Of a DNA stretch of 64,000 nt, positions 1 through 11,806 are shown piece by piece. Made by a program: the position numbers and the translations under genes. The notes beneath the pieces are model-generated. The model saw only the letters and a list, made by a program, of their open reading frames with translations. It made no database searches and was not told the DNA's origin. Each line of letters starts with the position of its first letter. The stretch's first letter is position 1. The DNA is from Minutocellus sp. GHC0000111. Its lineage: Eukaryota. Location: assembly GCA_977018835.1 (NCBI GenBank), contig OZ361259.1, positions 4,340,001 through 4,404,000 on the forward strand, written 5' to 3'.

Positions 1-690
1 GGCCCCAGCTGTACGGTTGTTCCTCGTGTTGAGCCTGTATTATGTGCTGAGATTGGTGCTGTTGCCCATACACAATATCTTGCTGAGCATGTTCTGATCC
101 ACCCAGCAAGCCTCTACCACCACCTCCTCCGCCGCTGCTGCTACCACGATTTTGTCTCCAGTGACCACTGCTCGACTCGAGTATTTCTTCATCATCTTCG
201 CCACCGCCCCTGTTCGCCGTTCCGCATAGTTGTGAAGGTGAGGAGGAGGCTGCCCCGTCTGCACCGCACGGTCCGTATATTTTACAGTTGGTCTCGGCCA
301 GCTCAGCCGTCCACTGCTGGCATTGGAATGCCCCCTCCTCCAACTGAGACTGAGGCCGATACGGATTGATCGTCATTTGGCGTACTCGAAGGTCCACAAT
401 ACCCAGCTGCATTGGACGGGGAAGACGACGTGCGTTGCGACTTCTTCGGGCTTCTCAACGATTCCTTTGCATTCGGACTTGGGAAGAACTTGGCCTCATC
501 CGCGCGGTCGCGGCAGGCAAGGACATCTCCAGTGCTTGGAGAGAGTAGCAGGGTTTCTATTCGGGAGCATGCCATTTTGGTGGAACGTCGTACAACTGAA
601 CAACCGCTTCTTCTTCCTCTTTTGGGTTGGGCCGGCCAAGAGCACATAACAAAACACGTGTTTTGTTATGTGCTCTTGGGGCTGGCTGGC

Positions 691-924
691 CGTTGTGGGT
701 ACCGCACGGTGGGGATGAGCTGGCGACGGTGGTTAGCAGCAGGCACTAAAACTGCATTCCTGTAGTGCCCAGTTTTTCTGCTGACCACCACCTTCGCCTC
801 CTCTCGTCTCAACTGACCAAGCCACAACCATCTGCGATTGCTGCCGTTGCAATTGCTAAGTCAGCTTACAGTACCGGCTCCCAGAGCCTGTCTCTCTCTC
901 TCTCTCAGCAGTTAGTTAGTTTTA
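691..924 (+). repeat. Direct repeat A1 (234 bp) of the YR retrotransposon
   Basis: Identical to 8871-9104 (offset 8180) except at 701/8881 (gggtAcc vs gggtGcc) and 909/9089 (cagCagt vs cagTagt). Confidence 0.97.
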
Positions 925-1102
925 GCACTAGGTTGGTGCTACTCTACGAGTTCGTAATTATTGGCCGACGACACACCACCACTGCTGCTGTTGTTAGTTA
1001 GTCCAGAGACCGCAGTCGACTCCGGAGTCAAACGGCCACGGCTCAGCTCCGTTGATAGTGCACGTAGATCCGATACCAGTCTCTACGACGGCAGAACAGT
1101 GC

Positions 1103-2540
1103 ATGGCCGAACCAGATCGACCGGAACTGGATCACGTGTTGTTCGGAGTGGCAAGAGACCTCATCGTCCGAGGAGACTCTCTCCTGACCTACCTTCCACG
1201 AGGCTGGGACGACAGACTCAGACGTCAGATTCGGCCCGGGCGCAGAAGTTTCTTCACAGCCAGGGCGTCGTCCGAGAGACTGACCACAGACGCACTGGAT
1301 TGGTGGAGAAGTTTTGCCGAGGGCCGAATCGACGTTACCGAGCACCTCACCGATCTCGTCGAGCGCGCCACAGGCTACCTCTCCCATCGAGAGCCACGGG
1401 GTACCAGCCATCCCCAGCAGCAGCCGTTTCACACCTTACTCCAGTAGCGCACGGTCTGGTCGCCGAGTACCTCGAGCAACAAGCCTTCTTGGTGTCACCG
1501 GACTGGCCCACGCACCTCGTCAACATCTGGCTGACAGCCACGCGCCTTACCGAGCCTGAGATCCGCCGGGCACACGAGACGGCAACTGAGTTGGACCTGA
1601 GCAGTGCACTGTACCGACTACCACGGGCAGACGGAGGCGTCGTGGTTCAACAGTATCGGGGGCGAAGGTTCCGGAGGCATCGGTAGCAGCAGCGCGGCAA
1701 CACCATTGCATCTGGCCCCAGCTCTGCCGGCTCTCGCAGTGCATCCTCCACTACCAGGCCGACCGAAAAGAAAGACGGCGCATCGCGGCCAGAGAGGGCA
1801 GACCTCTAGAGCCGACACCGCACGCTTGCATAGGTTCACGGGGGAGCGAGCTTCCACCAACGCTGCCGCTCACTTATTTCGAGTGGGAGGTAAGGCCACT
1901 CTTCTACCCACGTGACGCACACGACCGAACCGAGCGGGCTGGCGTCAGTGTGGCATTGGAGCGAGGAGATCTCATCGGCCCTTTCGCCCTGATCACCCAG
2001 TTCCCGCTGGATTCGCCGTGCCCGTTCCAGAGACGGCAGCACCTACGACCGGACCAACTCACTGAAGCTATTATCGACTGGGACAGTGGATTCGAGAGCC
2101 TCACCAGCGCTCGACTCCGACACACTCGGCCTGACAGCAATCCTCTTGGACACCGAGTGGAGGTCAACCCGCACGAATGCTGGGGAAGGCTGGCAGACCT
2201 AACGGCGTCCCCCTCACACCGCTGGGTAGGCACCTACCATCGAGTCTATCCGAGGTGGCTAGACGACACAGCCGATCCAAATCGCTGGGAGGGTGCCCAC
2301 TACCGCGTCTGGCCAAGAGCATCAATTCACCGGCGCCCCGACGATCTCGAGGCACCTGTCCGCCTGCGAGACATCACCGCCGATATTTTGGCATCATCAG
2401 AGCCACCGCGTCAGGCATTCAACATCCTTCTATCCGCCTTTGGAGAGCCCGACATCGCCGACCGCATCCTCACCCTCACGGCCGATCTGAACCACATCCA
2501 GCGCCGAGAGGACCGACGCCGAAGGCGACAGGCAAGGTGA
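1103..2540 (+). pseudogene. Extra ORF upstream of gag inside the YR retrotransposon, unknown function, frameshifted
   Basis: ATG at 1103 (MAEPDRPELDH...). Coding-like segments continue through ORFs 1052..1447, 961..1686 and 1950..2540 in shifting frames. It lies between A1 and gag. Confidence 0.5.
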
Positions 2541-2560
2541 TCGAGCATTGATTGATCACC

Positions 2561-4495
2561 ATGGCTTCATCTTTCAACACCTGGAAGTCAGTCCTACTGG
2601 CACAAGAGACACCGGCCGGGGCCGACGCCGCCGTAGCTCGAGATTTCCAGAGACGTCTGTGAAACCGACCCCACGGCCGCTGTGGTCCAGAGCCATGCCC
2701 GAGCGATCCAGCAGCAAATCCGCGACGCCGAGGGTTTGTCCATGCTGGCCCACCATCCAGAAGGGAAAGTCGTGGTGATTCACCACGCCGTGGCTCAGGG
2801 AGGCACCACCATGCAGCCCGACCTCAGGTTGGGTGGGCTCCTCGGGATCGACGATGTAGCCCCGGCAATGTCGTTGGCCCAACCTAGCCTCTTGCGGCAC
2901 AAGGAGGTCCTAGCCCCATCGGTGGAAGCCATGCTGGGGGCACCGTCAGAAGCCGCCCTAACCGGTCTCACCCAGGAAGGCTCCAACACCCGCCACCGGA
3001 GTGCCTCCACGAAGTTTAAGTCCCTTGTGCTACTGCCACCTTCGATTCTGCAGAATGTTCTGGAAGAGCACGAGGCATCGCCTTGGGCCATCCTGTCCGC
3101 CATCAAACGTCGGCTGGATGAGGACGCCGGCAGCGACGACGCATCAGACAGCGGTGACGACGAGGGTCATGGCGCAGCAGGTCTTCGCTCCAATGAGGCT
3201 ATTCAACACGTCGTCAAGTGGCTGTGGTTCGTCGCCACGTCCGAGCAAGGTGACATCCCGGCCGTCAGCTTGTGCCCAACGACGGACCCGGCTCTCAAGA
3301 CATGCGCCCGTGAGATGCACGCTCGGTGCATCACTGGCGCCAGTGGCGACGGACCACCAGCCGGTGGCGCCCCGACCGACTCTGCAGTCACTGCCGCGGC
3401 CAACGCCATGACTAGGGCCGCGTCCGAAGCATCCTCCCTCACCGGCGCAGTCATGGCCTACACTGACAAGGTCGACAAGAAGCACTCAATGAATGGCGCC
3501 ATCCTCAAGGCCTGTGCCGCTTTCTGCCGGGTCTCGACCGAGCATGACGATGATGTAGCAGCGATCGACTCGAATCTTCCCGAAGGATTGAAAGCACTGC
3601 TGGAAGAGTCAAACCTCACGCAAGCAGCCGTCGGCCTCGAGCTGCATGTAAAGGGCAAGACAGGAGTCAGGACATCTCTCCAGGGCCTCACCACTTACGT
3701 CCGCCTCTTTGGCTTCGGAAAGAGCGACAAGAAAATCTACGATGGCTTCTCTGTCTTCGCCTTTAGCCCGGCAAACTCCAGCAGCAGCAGCAATGCGCCC
3801 CTGCATCTCGCCGCCTCTCAAAAGAAAGGACACACCTCGACTCAGGTGAAGGCTCTTCTGAAGCAGAACTACTGGTCTTCAACCGAGTGCGACGGTGCCA
3901 AACGTCACATCTCGGCCTTCGGCGCTGGCACTTCCTTCCTTGCCGGAGAGGATTCCGAGCGCCCGCTCGCTACGTCGCCAGGGTCCTCAGTCACATGAAG
4001 ACACACGAGGACCAGTGCCGCGACATCGCCGAGAGCCATGGCGAGAAGTTCTGGCTGGCGATGTTCCACAATGTTGACGCCTCCATCCATGCATTCTGGA
4101 AAGCTTGTCTCCGTTCCCCCGACGACGCCGGCAACGACCTCTCTTGCTTCTCAATGGCCGACGAGTCCAAAAAGACAATGAAGACTCAGAATCCTTTCGT
4201 CTACCCCAGCCACATCAAGCCCGTCCAATCGGCCGACGCTCCCACCCCTTCCTCGGATTCCGACTCCGACAAATCAGAGCCAAGAACCAGTCCGAAAAAG
4301 AAGCAAAAGACGGGCGGCGCCAGCGGCAGAGCCCACCAGTGCGAACACTTCGTCACGTTCGACATCAACTCCGGCAACTTTGCAAAACGGCATGGCAAGA
4401 AATCCGAGCCCTATGAGGACAGACCTGAAATTAATGGCTGTAAATTCTGCCCTCCATTCATCCTGACAGGTGTCTGCGGCGCCGGATCCTCGTGA
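2561..4495 (+). pseudogene. Gag-like ORF1 of the YR retrotransposon (frameshifted)
   Basis: ATG at 2561, then ORFs 2682..3998 and 3887..4495. The C-terminal Cys cluster GCKFCPPFILTGVC resembles the CCCH-type finger of DIRS-order Gag. It sits upstream of RT. Confidence 0.7.
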
Positions 4496-5198
4496 GTCGC
4501 ACGTCAAGAGGCCTCTTAAGGCATCGGAGAGAGGACCCGTCGAGCAGTGCGTCGAGAAATGCGATCGGAAGCACGAGGAGGCGGAGGAATGACGGATCGG
4601 GTGGGCACGGAGGCGTGGCCCACCCTCGGAGGATGCTGGAGAAACATCTCGGCCAGCCGGCCGAGCTCGTCCCTCCAAGCGCCGTCGAGTGCAGCCAGAT
4701 GCGTCGGCGTCAATCCGCCCCGGTGGCTCCAGCCGCCCAAGGTCATCCGGCACCCCAAAATCCGGCGTGTGCGGTCGCAACGACATCAGCAACCAATCCA
4801 GGCTCTCCGGTGCCCCTAACACCGGAGCAGAAGGCCGAGGCGTTAGCAGTGACCTTTGGTCGGGTCCTGGCCCCCCCCTAACACCAGCGGTGATGCCTGC
4901 GCCGACAACAGCATCTCAGGCTCTGGCTCCAGCACCACTAACGCTGGCGGTGCGGAAGCCACCGACAACCTCTTCGACCGGCTAGGCCAGCGAGAGAAGG
5001 ATCTCCTAGGTAAGCAGCCCCAACCCGAAGCACAGTCTCCCCCTGGTTCCCCTGCGCACAGCAAGGAAGTAGAACCGATGCGCCAAAATGGTAAGTGAGA
5101 CCAACAGGTGAAGAAACACCCACAACAAACGGGGCAGCCCAGCGCCCACAATGGGCCCACCACGGTCGGACAGACCCGCATGCTCGTGAACGTGCAGC

Positions 5199-7913
5199 AT
5201 GTGCATGTCTCACCTTTTTCTCGCCTTGTGCAATTCCACGTGGGAACTAGAGCCCATCTTCGATGTTTCCACCTCGGTGCAGCACGTCCGACGAGCAGTC
5301 GAGTTCCCGTCGGCCACACCGAAGCCCACGGAGTTCAGATTTGAGCTCTTGACGGAGGCCGCCGCTCACAATTGGTCGGTCCTCAAGAAATACGATCGTT
5401 CTCTGAGCAGGGCACTCGAGGCGCAGGGCGGGTCGCCACTCCAACCGGGATCGGAGTTCAGAGACCTGAGTCTTCTGGAGCCGATTCTTGGCCGGCACCC
5501 GCTGTGGCCCCGCTTCCGCTCCATTCTCGACAGTGGATCCGACTGGGCCCTCGATCCGGTGAGCGACGAAAGCAGACTGGACAGCGTGATAAAGAACATC
5601 GGCCGAGGCAACCACAAATCTGCCAGGGATAGGCCGGAGGTGCTCAAGGACCAAGTTCTCGACGACGTGACCCGCGGTTTCGCCCTCCCTCTGCCAGCAA
5701 AGGTCGCGCCCCTCATTCCTGGAGCGGAGGTGGCTCCGATGGGTTTGGCAGCCCGGAGGCACTCAAGGACCAAGTTCTCGACGATGTGACCCGCGGTTTC
5801 GCCCTCCCTCTGCCAGCAAAGGTCGCGCCCCTCATTCCTGGAGCGGAGGTGGCTCCGATGGGTTTGGCAGCACAGAACACGATCAGCGAGGCTGGCGAGA
5901 TCATGCCCAAGGACCGCCTGACTCACGACCAATCCTTCGAGATCGGTGCCGCACGGTCCGTCAACAACAGAGTGCGCATGGAGGACCACCAGCCAGTGGT
6001 GTTCGGCCATGCCCTCCGGCGAGTGATCCACTGCATCGCAGACGCCCGTCACAAGCATCCCCGTGCTCCCATCCTCCTGCAGAAGGTCGATTTCAAGGCT
6101 GCGTGTCGCCGGGCCCACTTGGCTCCCAGCAAGGCCGTCAAAACGATCACCACCCTGGATGGCATTGCCCTCATGTCCCTCCGGCTGACTTTCGGCGGCC
6201 GCCCTTGCCCGAGCGAATGGTGCAACACATCCGAATCGGCGGCCGACCTGGCCAGGGCCCTCCTGCAATGCTCGGACTGGGACCCGTCAGAGCTCCATGG
6301 CCCCCAGCAGAAGCACTTGGGTCGCCCCAAGGTGGAGGGCGACGACGTGCCGTTCGCGCCGGCCCTGGACATGATCGCAACCCTTCCCGACAACAAGGAT
6401 GGCATCGTCGAGCCGCACATCGACGACCTCATCGCCGCAGCCCCTGACCTGGGCGACAACAAGGATCGGACATCCGCTGCCACCCTCCTCGCCATCCACG
6501 CGCTTGCTTGGCCGACCGGCATCCGATTGCGAGCCACTGCCCAGAGATGACCTTGCCTCCATCAAGAAGCTGCTCGCCGAGGGGACGCCTTCCGAAGCAC
6601 TGTGTCTCTTGGGGTGGGATGCTGACACCCGGCGGCTCCTACTGAGGCTCCCTTGGAGCAAGTGCCTGGCCTGGCGCGATGACATGCTTCGGCTCCTCAG
6701 AGCCCGCGGCGCCACCAGATCAGAGCTGGACACCTTGGTCGGAAGGCTAAACCACGTCGGACACATCATTCCAGCCGCACGACACTTCCTCAGCCGCCTT
6801 CGGGATCGGCTCTGGAAGGCCCGCCGCCACGGCCGCCAACGGTTCGACTCTGAGGATGCAGAAGACCTCAACCTGTGGCTCCGCTTCCTCCGAAGGGCCG
6901 CCGATGGCATGAGCATGAACCTCCTCACGCACCGTTGCCCCACCCACGAGCACATAAGTGACGCCTGCGAGCACGGCATCGGCGGATGGTCCTCATCCGG
7001 CAGAGCGTGGAGATTTGCCCTCCCCGAGGAGCCATGGGGCCGGTTCACCCTCAACTACCTGGAATTCCTCGCCGCCGTCATCGGCCCATGGATCGACCAC
7101 ATCGAGGGCAACCTACCAACCCTCTCCTGCGCACTGTCGGGGACCGACAGCACCACGGCCGAGGGATGGCTCAGGAAGTCGAACTTCGTGTCTCACGGCG
7201 AGAGGGATGCCGACGTAGCGGTCAAGCTGGCCACGGCGCGGAAACTAGCCGACATGCTCATCGAGACCAATGCCATGCTGTGCTCACAGTGGTTCCAGGG
7301 GAAGCGCAATCCGGAGGCCGACTCTCTTTCTCGTGATGCCGATCTCTCTGATGCTGACCTCACGAAATTGCTTCTATCATCTCCCGAATGTCAGCTTCCC
7401 TCAAATTTCAGGATTGCACCACCACCCAACGAGATTACTTCCTGGATTGTCTCGCAGGCGCGGACGCTGCCCGTCAGGAAGCAGTTGTTACAACGGCCAC
7501 TGCCGAGAAGCACGCTCTCGCGTGGAGCCGCTGGACTGAGTTCCTGCAGCTCATCGGGACCGGGGACGACGTCTTCCTCGACAAGGTGTCACCCCGAGAC
7601 CGAACAGTCATTCTCGGCGCCTTTGCCCACGCCGTCCGACAGGCCAGCTTTTCGGGGCCGAAGTTTTCGCGACTGGCTGCGTCGACAGTCCGAGACACCG
7701 TCTCACATGTGTGCTCGTCCTTCCGGCACAACCAGCGCAGGGACCCAGGGAAAGACGGCATCGGCCAGCCTTCATTCCTTCTACAGCGGCAGTTCCGAGG
7801 ACACAGCCAGTCCGACCCGGCCGAGCGGCCGGAGAAGGCGATCACCTGCCGGCTCCTCCGAGAGATCGCCTCCGTCAGGGAAACGGAAGAGGACCATGCA
7901 GTCGGGCAACTAG
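5199..7913 (+). pseudogene. Reverse transcriptase + RNase H (DIRS-type), frameshifted and point-mutated
   Basis: RT motifs RLTHDQS, KVDFKAA[C]RR, LRLTFGGRPCP, [H]IDD (6416-6427, expected YxDD) and LLGW. RNase H motifs SDACEHGIGG, NYLEFLAA, DSTTAEGW and N-x-ADSLSR. Split over ORFs 5199..5789, 5786..6550 and 6399..7913. Confidence 0.92.
5634..5871 (+). repeat. 119-bp tandem duplication inside the RT ORF (frameshifting)
   Basis: Copy 1 is 5634-5752 and copy 2 is 5753-5871. They differ at ggagg-TG-ctc vs ggagg-CA-ctc and at gaCgtg vs gaTgtg. Confidence 0.97.
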
Positions 7914-8676
7914 CCGTCGGCGCCTTCTTCTTCGCGATGAGGTCTCTTGCGAACACTCCAGAGTCAGCGGTGAGCGCAGGACCAAGCTGCTCCGCCTCCG
8001 CAACATCCAGTTCTACCGCGGCCGACGGCGCATGTGTCACAACGACCGGTCCCTCCTCTCAGCAGACTCTGTCTCCGTCACCTTTGAGTTCCAGAAGAAC
8101 GACGAGCGTGACGTCACGATTACGCAACACTGCACCCACGACGCCACCCTCTGCCCAGTTCGAGCTTGGGCTGCCCTTGTGAAACGAGTCCAAGGGCACC
8201 CTAGTACCAACAGCGATGCGCCGGTAAATGCCTTCGTGGTCAACGGCGTATTAAAATACATTCCTGCCACCCGAATAGTTGACAAGATCCGAGCGTCGGC
8301 CACAGTGATTGGAGAGGACGTCCTGGGCTGCCATCCCTCTGAATTCGGATCACACACTCCATTCGCAGCGGAGCAGCAATGATGGCAATGTATCTAAATG
8401 ATGTTCCCACGTACACAATCATGCTGGTAGGGCGGTGGTCCAGTGACGCCTTCCTCAAGTACATCCGTCGCCAGGTCCAAGAATTTACATCCGGAGTCTC
8501 TCCACACGCATGATCCAACGAGGTTCCTTTTCTTCAACGTGCCCCACGCACACTCGACGAGCCATCGCGAAGACCCAAGGACCCCAAATTGCCGCCAATC
8601 CTTCGCCGGCATCAACAGCATTGGCCGAAATGCCGGCTTCGGTACTCCAATGCCCCCCTTCGCCCTGTTCACCTAA
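7388..8676 (+). pseudogene. Tyrosine recombinase of the retrotransposon (frameshifted)
   Basis: Motifs AFFFAMRS-CE[H]S, FEFQKND, LCPVRAW, HSIRSGAA (8355-), GRWSSDAFLKYIR with the catalytic Tyr at 8460-8462. It overlaps the RNase H ORF, as is usual in DIRS-order elements. Confidence 0.92.
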
Positions 8677-8761
8677 GCACGACACACATCATTGGCCGAT
8701 CTGTGCTGCGCACGGAAAGGAGGAGGGGGAGAGGGACCTCACCCTCTAAGAAGTTTCATTT

Positions 8762-8779
8762 ACCGCCAATGCCAGCTCC
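8762..8779 (+). repeat. Repeat B1 core (18 bp), matching B2 remnant at 9116-9133
   Basis: accgccaatgccagctcc occurs at 8762 and at 9116, on either side of A2, giving the B1-A2-B2 arrangement. B2 appears truncated. Confidence 0.75.
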
Positions 8780-8870
8780 AGTTCACGTAGTTAAACTGCA
8801 TTTCATGTTCTACTAAGTTGCATAGAGTTGGGAGAATCAGCGGAGGGAGGCACTGTGTTCGATGCATCAT

Positions 8871-9104
8871 CGTTGTGGGTGCCGCACGGTGGGGATGAGC
8901 TGGCGACGGTGGTTAGCAGCAGGCACTAAAACTGCATTCCTGTAGTGCCCAGTTTTTCTGCTGACCACCACCTTCGCCTCCTCTCGTCTCAACTGACCAA
9001 GCCACAACCATCTGCGATTGCTGCCGTTGCAATTGCTAAGTCAGCTTACAGTACCGGCTCCCAGAGCCTGTCTCTCTCTCTCTCTCAGTAGTTAGTTAGT
9101 TTTA
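8871..9104 (+). repeat. Direct repeat A2 (234 bp)
   Basis: Copy of 691-924 with two mismatches. Confidence 0.97.
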
Positions 9105-9223
9105 AATTCCCTCAAACCGCCAATGCCAGCTCCTCGGCTGGGGTGCTGGGCTTTGCACTTGGGTGCGGTCGAGTGAGTCGAGGAGTCGAGTCGAGTGAAG
9201 TCCCAACGTCCCAACCGCGCCTG

Positions 9224-9428
9224 TAGCCATGTGTAAGTTGTGGGTCAAAACCCGAAAAATTGTGGGTCAAAACCCACCGGTATTTTGTGGGTTAGTGGGC
9301 TACTAGTACATGGTTTGGACCAACCGACGGCTCCACTGACGCATGCATGAGCCAGCGGGCCAAAAATTTGTGGGGAGTTGTGGGTTTTTAGTCGAATGAG
9401 TCAAAAACCCACAACTTACACATGGCTA
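9224..9428. mobile_element. hAT-type MITE (205 bp)
   Basis: Perfect 22-bp TIRs: tagccatgtgtaagttgtgggt (9224-9245) and acccacaacttacacatggcta (9407-9428). 8-bp TSD cgcgcctg at 9216-9223 and 9429-9436. Several internal ttgtggg subterminal repeats. Confidence 0.93.
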
Positions 9429-9618
9429 CGCGCCTGCCGAAAAGCAACGACAAAAAGTCCATGAGTTCTCGATGCAGTTCGGCGCACTTGGCGTGCTACG
9501 CATTGCGATGTATAAAACGATGGAACATTGCCGTCTACGAAGGAAACGGCCCCGGTAAAGGCCTGGTCGGAAACTGCTGCTGCTGACCTCACTTCTTGTC
9601 GGAGATGCGACTGCCTTC

Positions 9619-10422
9619 TTGACCAATCCATCTGGGGCTGCATCGGCAGAGACACGTGCAGCACTTGCAAAGAACACATTCAAGCATACTAGTACTCGTC
9701 GCACATATGTGTTTGCAGACAGGAACTTGAACGATGATGGCAATGCCAAAAAGAGCGACAAAAGCAAAGGACTGGAGCCCATCGTTGAAAAGCTTTTGAG
9801 TCCATTTGCGATGATTCTAGCCAGAATTGGTACGTCTGAAGAAGAGGCACTTCGACGAGATATTGCTGCCGCAGAGGCCAGACTCAAAGTCAAGAAAGCC
9901 GAAATGGAACGAATGGAATCTCAAGCTCAACTTTTGGGGGCGGGGTTTACAGCAACTTTAGTTGCAGTTGCGGTGCTTTCTTTCATTGATTCGACCATGA
10001 GTTTTCCAACGGAACGGGGCGCAATGGCAAGAGGTGATTCGGGAACTACTACAAAGAAAGGGGTGTTTCGCATGGACAAGAAGACCAATTCTCGAGATAA
10101 GTCGTCTCAATTTTCTGCGCCTGTTTCGGCGATTATATCGGGGGCAATAGGAGTTGTTGGTGCAAACATTTTGTTGCGGTCCAAAGTATCGTCAGAGGCA
10201 CAGCCTGAACTGGACGAGGCCCTCGCTATAAGTAATATTGATTCCAACGCCTCGTCAAAAACCTTCATTCCAACCGCTAGCAACTCGGCATCAGACAACA
10301 AATCGAGAGAGATCACTGATTTATCTCTCGAAATCGATGATATTTTCAGTACGATGGAGAAGCTCCAAGCGGAAGCATGCGATGATGAGGAAAATAAAAA
10401 TGCCAGAGAGCGGGGGAAGTAA
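9619..10422 (+). CDS. Hypothetical membrane protein (coiled coil + two hydrophobic segments); start uncertain
   Basis: 267-aa ORF with a coiled-coil-like segment and TM-like LLGAGFTATLVAVAVLSFI and VSAIISGAIGVVGANILL. No recognised family. Confidence 0.55.
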   Translation: MTNPSGAASAETRAALAKNTFKHTSTRRTYVFADRNLNDDGNAKKSDKSKGLEPIVEKLLSPFAMILARIGTSEEEALRRDIAAAEARLKVKKAEMERMESQAQLLGAGFTATLVAVAVLSFIDSTMSFPTERGAMARGDSGTTTKKGVFRMDKKTNSRDKSSQFSAPVSAIISGAIGVVGANILLRSKVSSEAQPELDEALAISNIDSNASSKTFIPTASNSASDNKSREITDLSLEIDDIFSTMEKLQAEACDDEENKNARERGK

Positions 10423-10533
10423 AGTTCTAATATACTCAGTAACAAGTGCAATAGCCTCCCTCTATCAAAGAATAGGTCCCGTGTAGCTTATTCTTACTAT
10501 CCTGAGTAAATATTTGGGATTGCATTCGTTCCA

Positions 10534-11806
10534 TTACACTACTGGAGGAACGCTCATTTGCAGACCCGAAAGAAGCCCCGGATTCTTGAAACCAAGCAAC
10601 AGACATATTGGAATCGTCCGCACAACAGGTTTGTACCATGCTACCAGAGCGATTGCAAGCCACAAATAGCGAAGTTTTAGCTTTGGTTTCTTCTGTTCAA
10701 TTCCAAAGCCCATCATGCTCCGATATTCAGGTGAGGCATTGTCAACGGCAAGGCTCCATTTCCGCTTCATCTGGTAGCTACTGCCGTATTGGGGACCGAA
10801 TAACCATCCGACCAACGCGCCGGCAATAAAACCTCCGACGTGGCCTGCATTACTAATTCCTGGCGTCATAGAGCCAAAAATTATCAACCAGATCATATTT
10901 TTGAATATGGATGCTGAGGCTGCCTTGTTCCCCATTCGATTGAGCATAATGAATATTAACCCCTGAAGTCCACATATTCCCGAAGACGCTCCTAGGCATA
11001 AGCCCAACGCCGCTGGACCGGATGATGCCACCGAAGAATGGGCCAGATTCCCAGCAACAACCGAGGCCAAATAAGTTGATAAATATAACAACCGGCCGAG
11101 GCCTTCCTCTACAAAACTCGGGATGCTCCACAAATACCTCATATTAAAGGCCAAGTGCAAGGCACTACCGTGTAGAAACCCAGAGGTGATAAGGCGATGA
11201 GGCTGAATAGAGCTCAGAACTGTTTGGTGCGCAAAATCCATTGTGAAGGCACCAACGCTTGATGCCGCAATGTAGGGCTGACCAAATGTACTGGCGCGGC
11301 CCATGATCGTCAAGGAAGATTCACCGAGGACCATTCTTCGAGCGAGATCAGACCCCTTCAGTGCGACCGCCCCTCCTGCCCTTGATCTTGATAAAATGCT
11401 GCTCAATATCGGTGCATAATTAGCGGCACTTAGGATTTGAAGCAAAAAGAAGGCAATATTGAGAGCAACAAGAATCTTCTGGATGCTTAGACTCGATAAT
11501 ATTCCTCGTCCTCGACCACGTGTCAAGCCCATTCGCTTCCGTCGGAAATATTCATCGTCAAAACCGACTGGACCACGAGCATAGATTGCTATATTCCGTC
11601 GCTTGGACCTATTATCGGAGACGGATGGCACAAAGCTTCTAGAATATTGGCGGCTCAAATCCAAGGCTGATGAAGGAATACAATTTTTGCTTTGACATGA
11701 TAGATGTAAAAAAGATCCTCCTCTAGTCGAAAGATCCTCCTCTAGTCGGCGCCTCAAAGCCCTCACAAAAAGAAATATTGCTGAGGAGAAATACTATCGA
11801 TGCCAT
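10534..11806 (-). pseudogene. Rhomboid-family intramembrane serine protease, probably plastid-targeted; N-terminus frameshifted by a 19-bp duplication
   Basis: Motifs HRLITSGFLHGSALHLAFNM, GASSGICG and SNAGHVGG. The signal-like MASIVFLLSNISFCEG-F (ATG 11806) is out of frame only because of the tandem duplication at 11711-11748. Confidence 0.8.

Larger units (their letters stand above)
691..9133 (+). mobile_element. Tyrosine-recombinase (DIRS-order) retrotransposon with split direct repeats, Ngaro/PAT-like; degenerate
   Basis: Layout is A1 (691-924), extra ORF, gag-like, RT/RNase H, tyrosine recombinase, B1 (from 8762), A2 (8871-9104), B2 remnant (9116-9133). No methyltransferase domain is visible after RNase H, and there is no integrase or protease motif. 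Confidence 0.92.

Noticed and set aside
1..690. Short ORFs left of the retrotransposon
   Set aside because: No recognisable domain or consistent frame, so no call can be supported.
9238..9300. gttgtgggt shared between the MITE and the start of repeat A
   Set aside because: Only 9 bp, and the elements have unrelated structures. Treated as coincidence.
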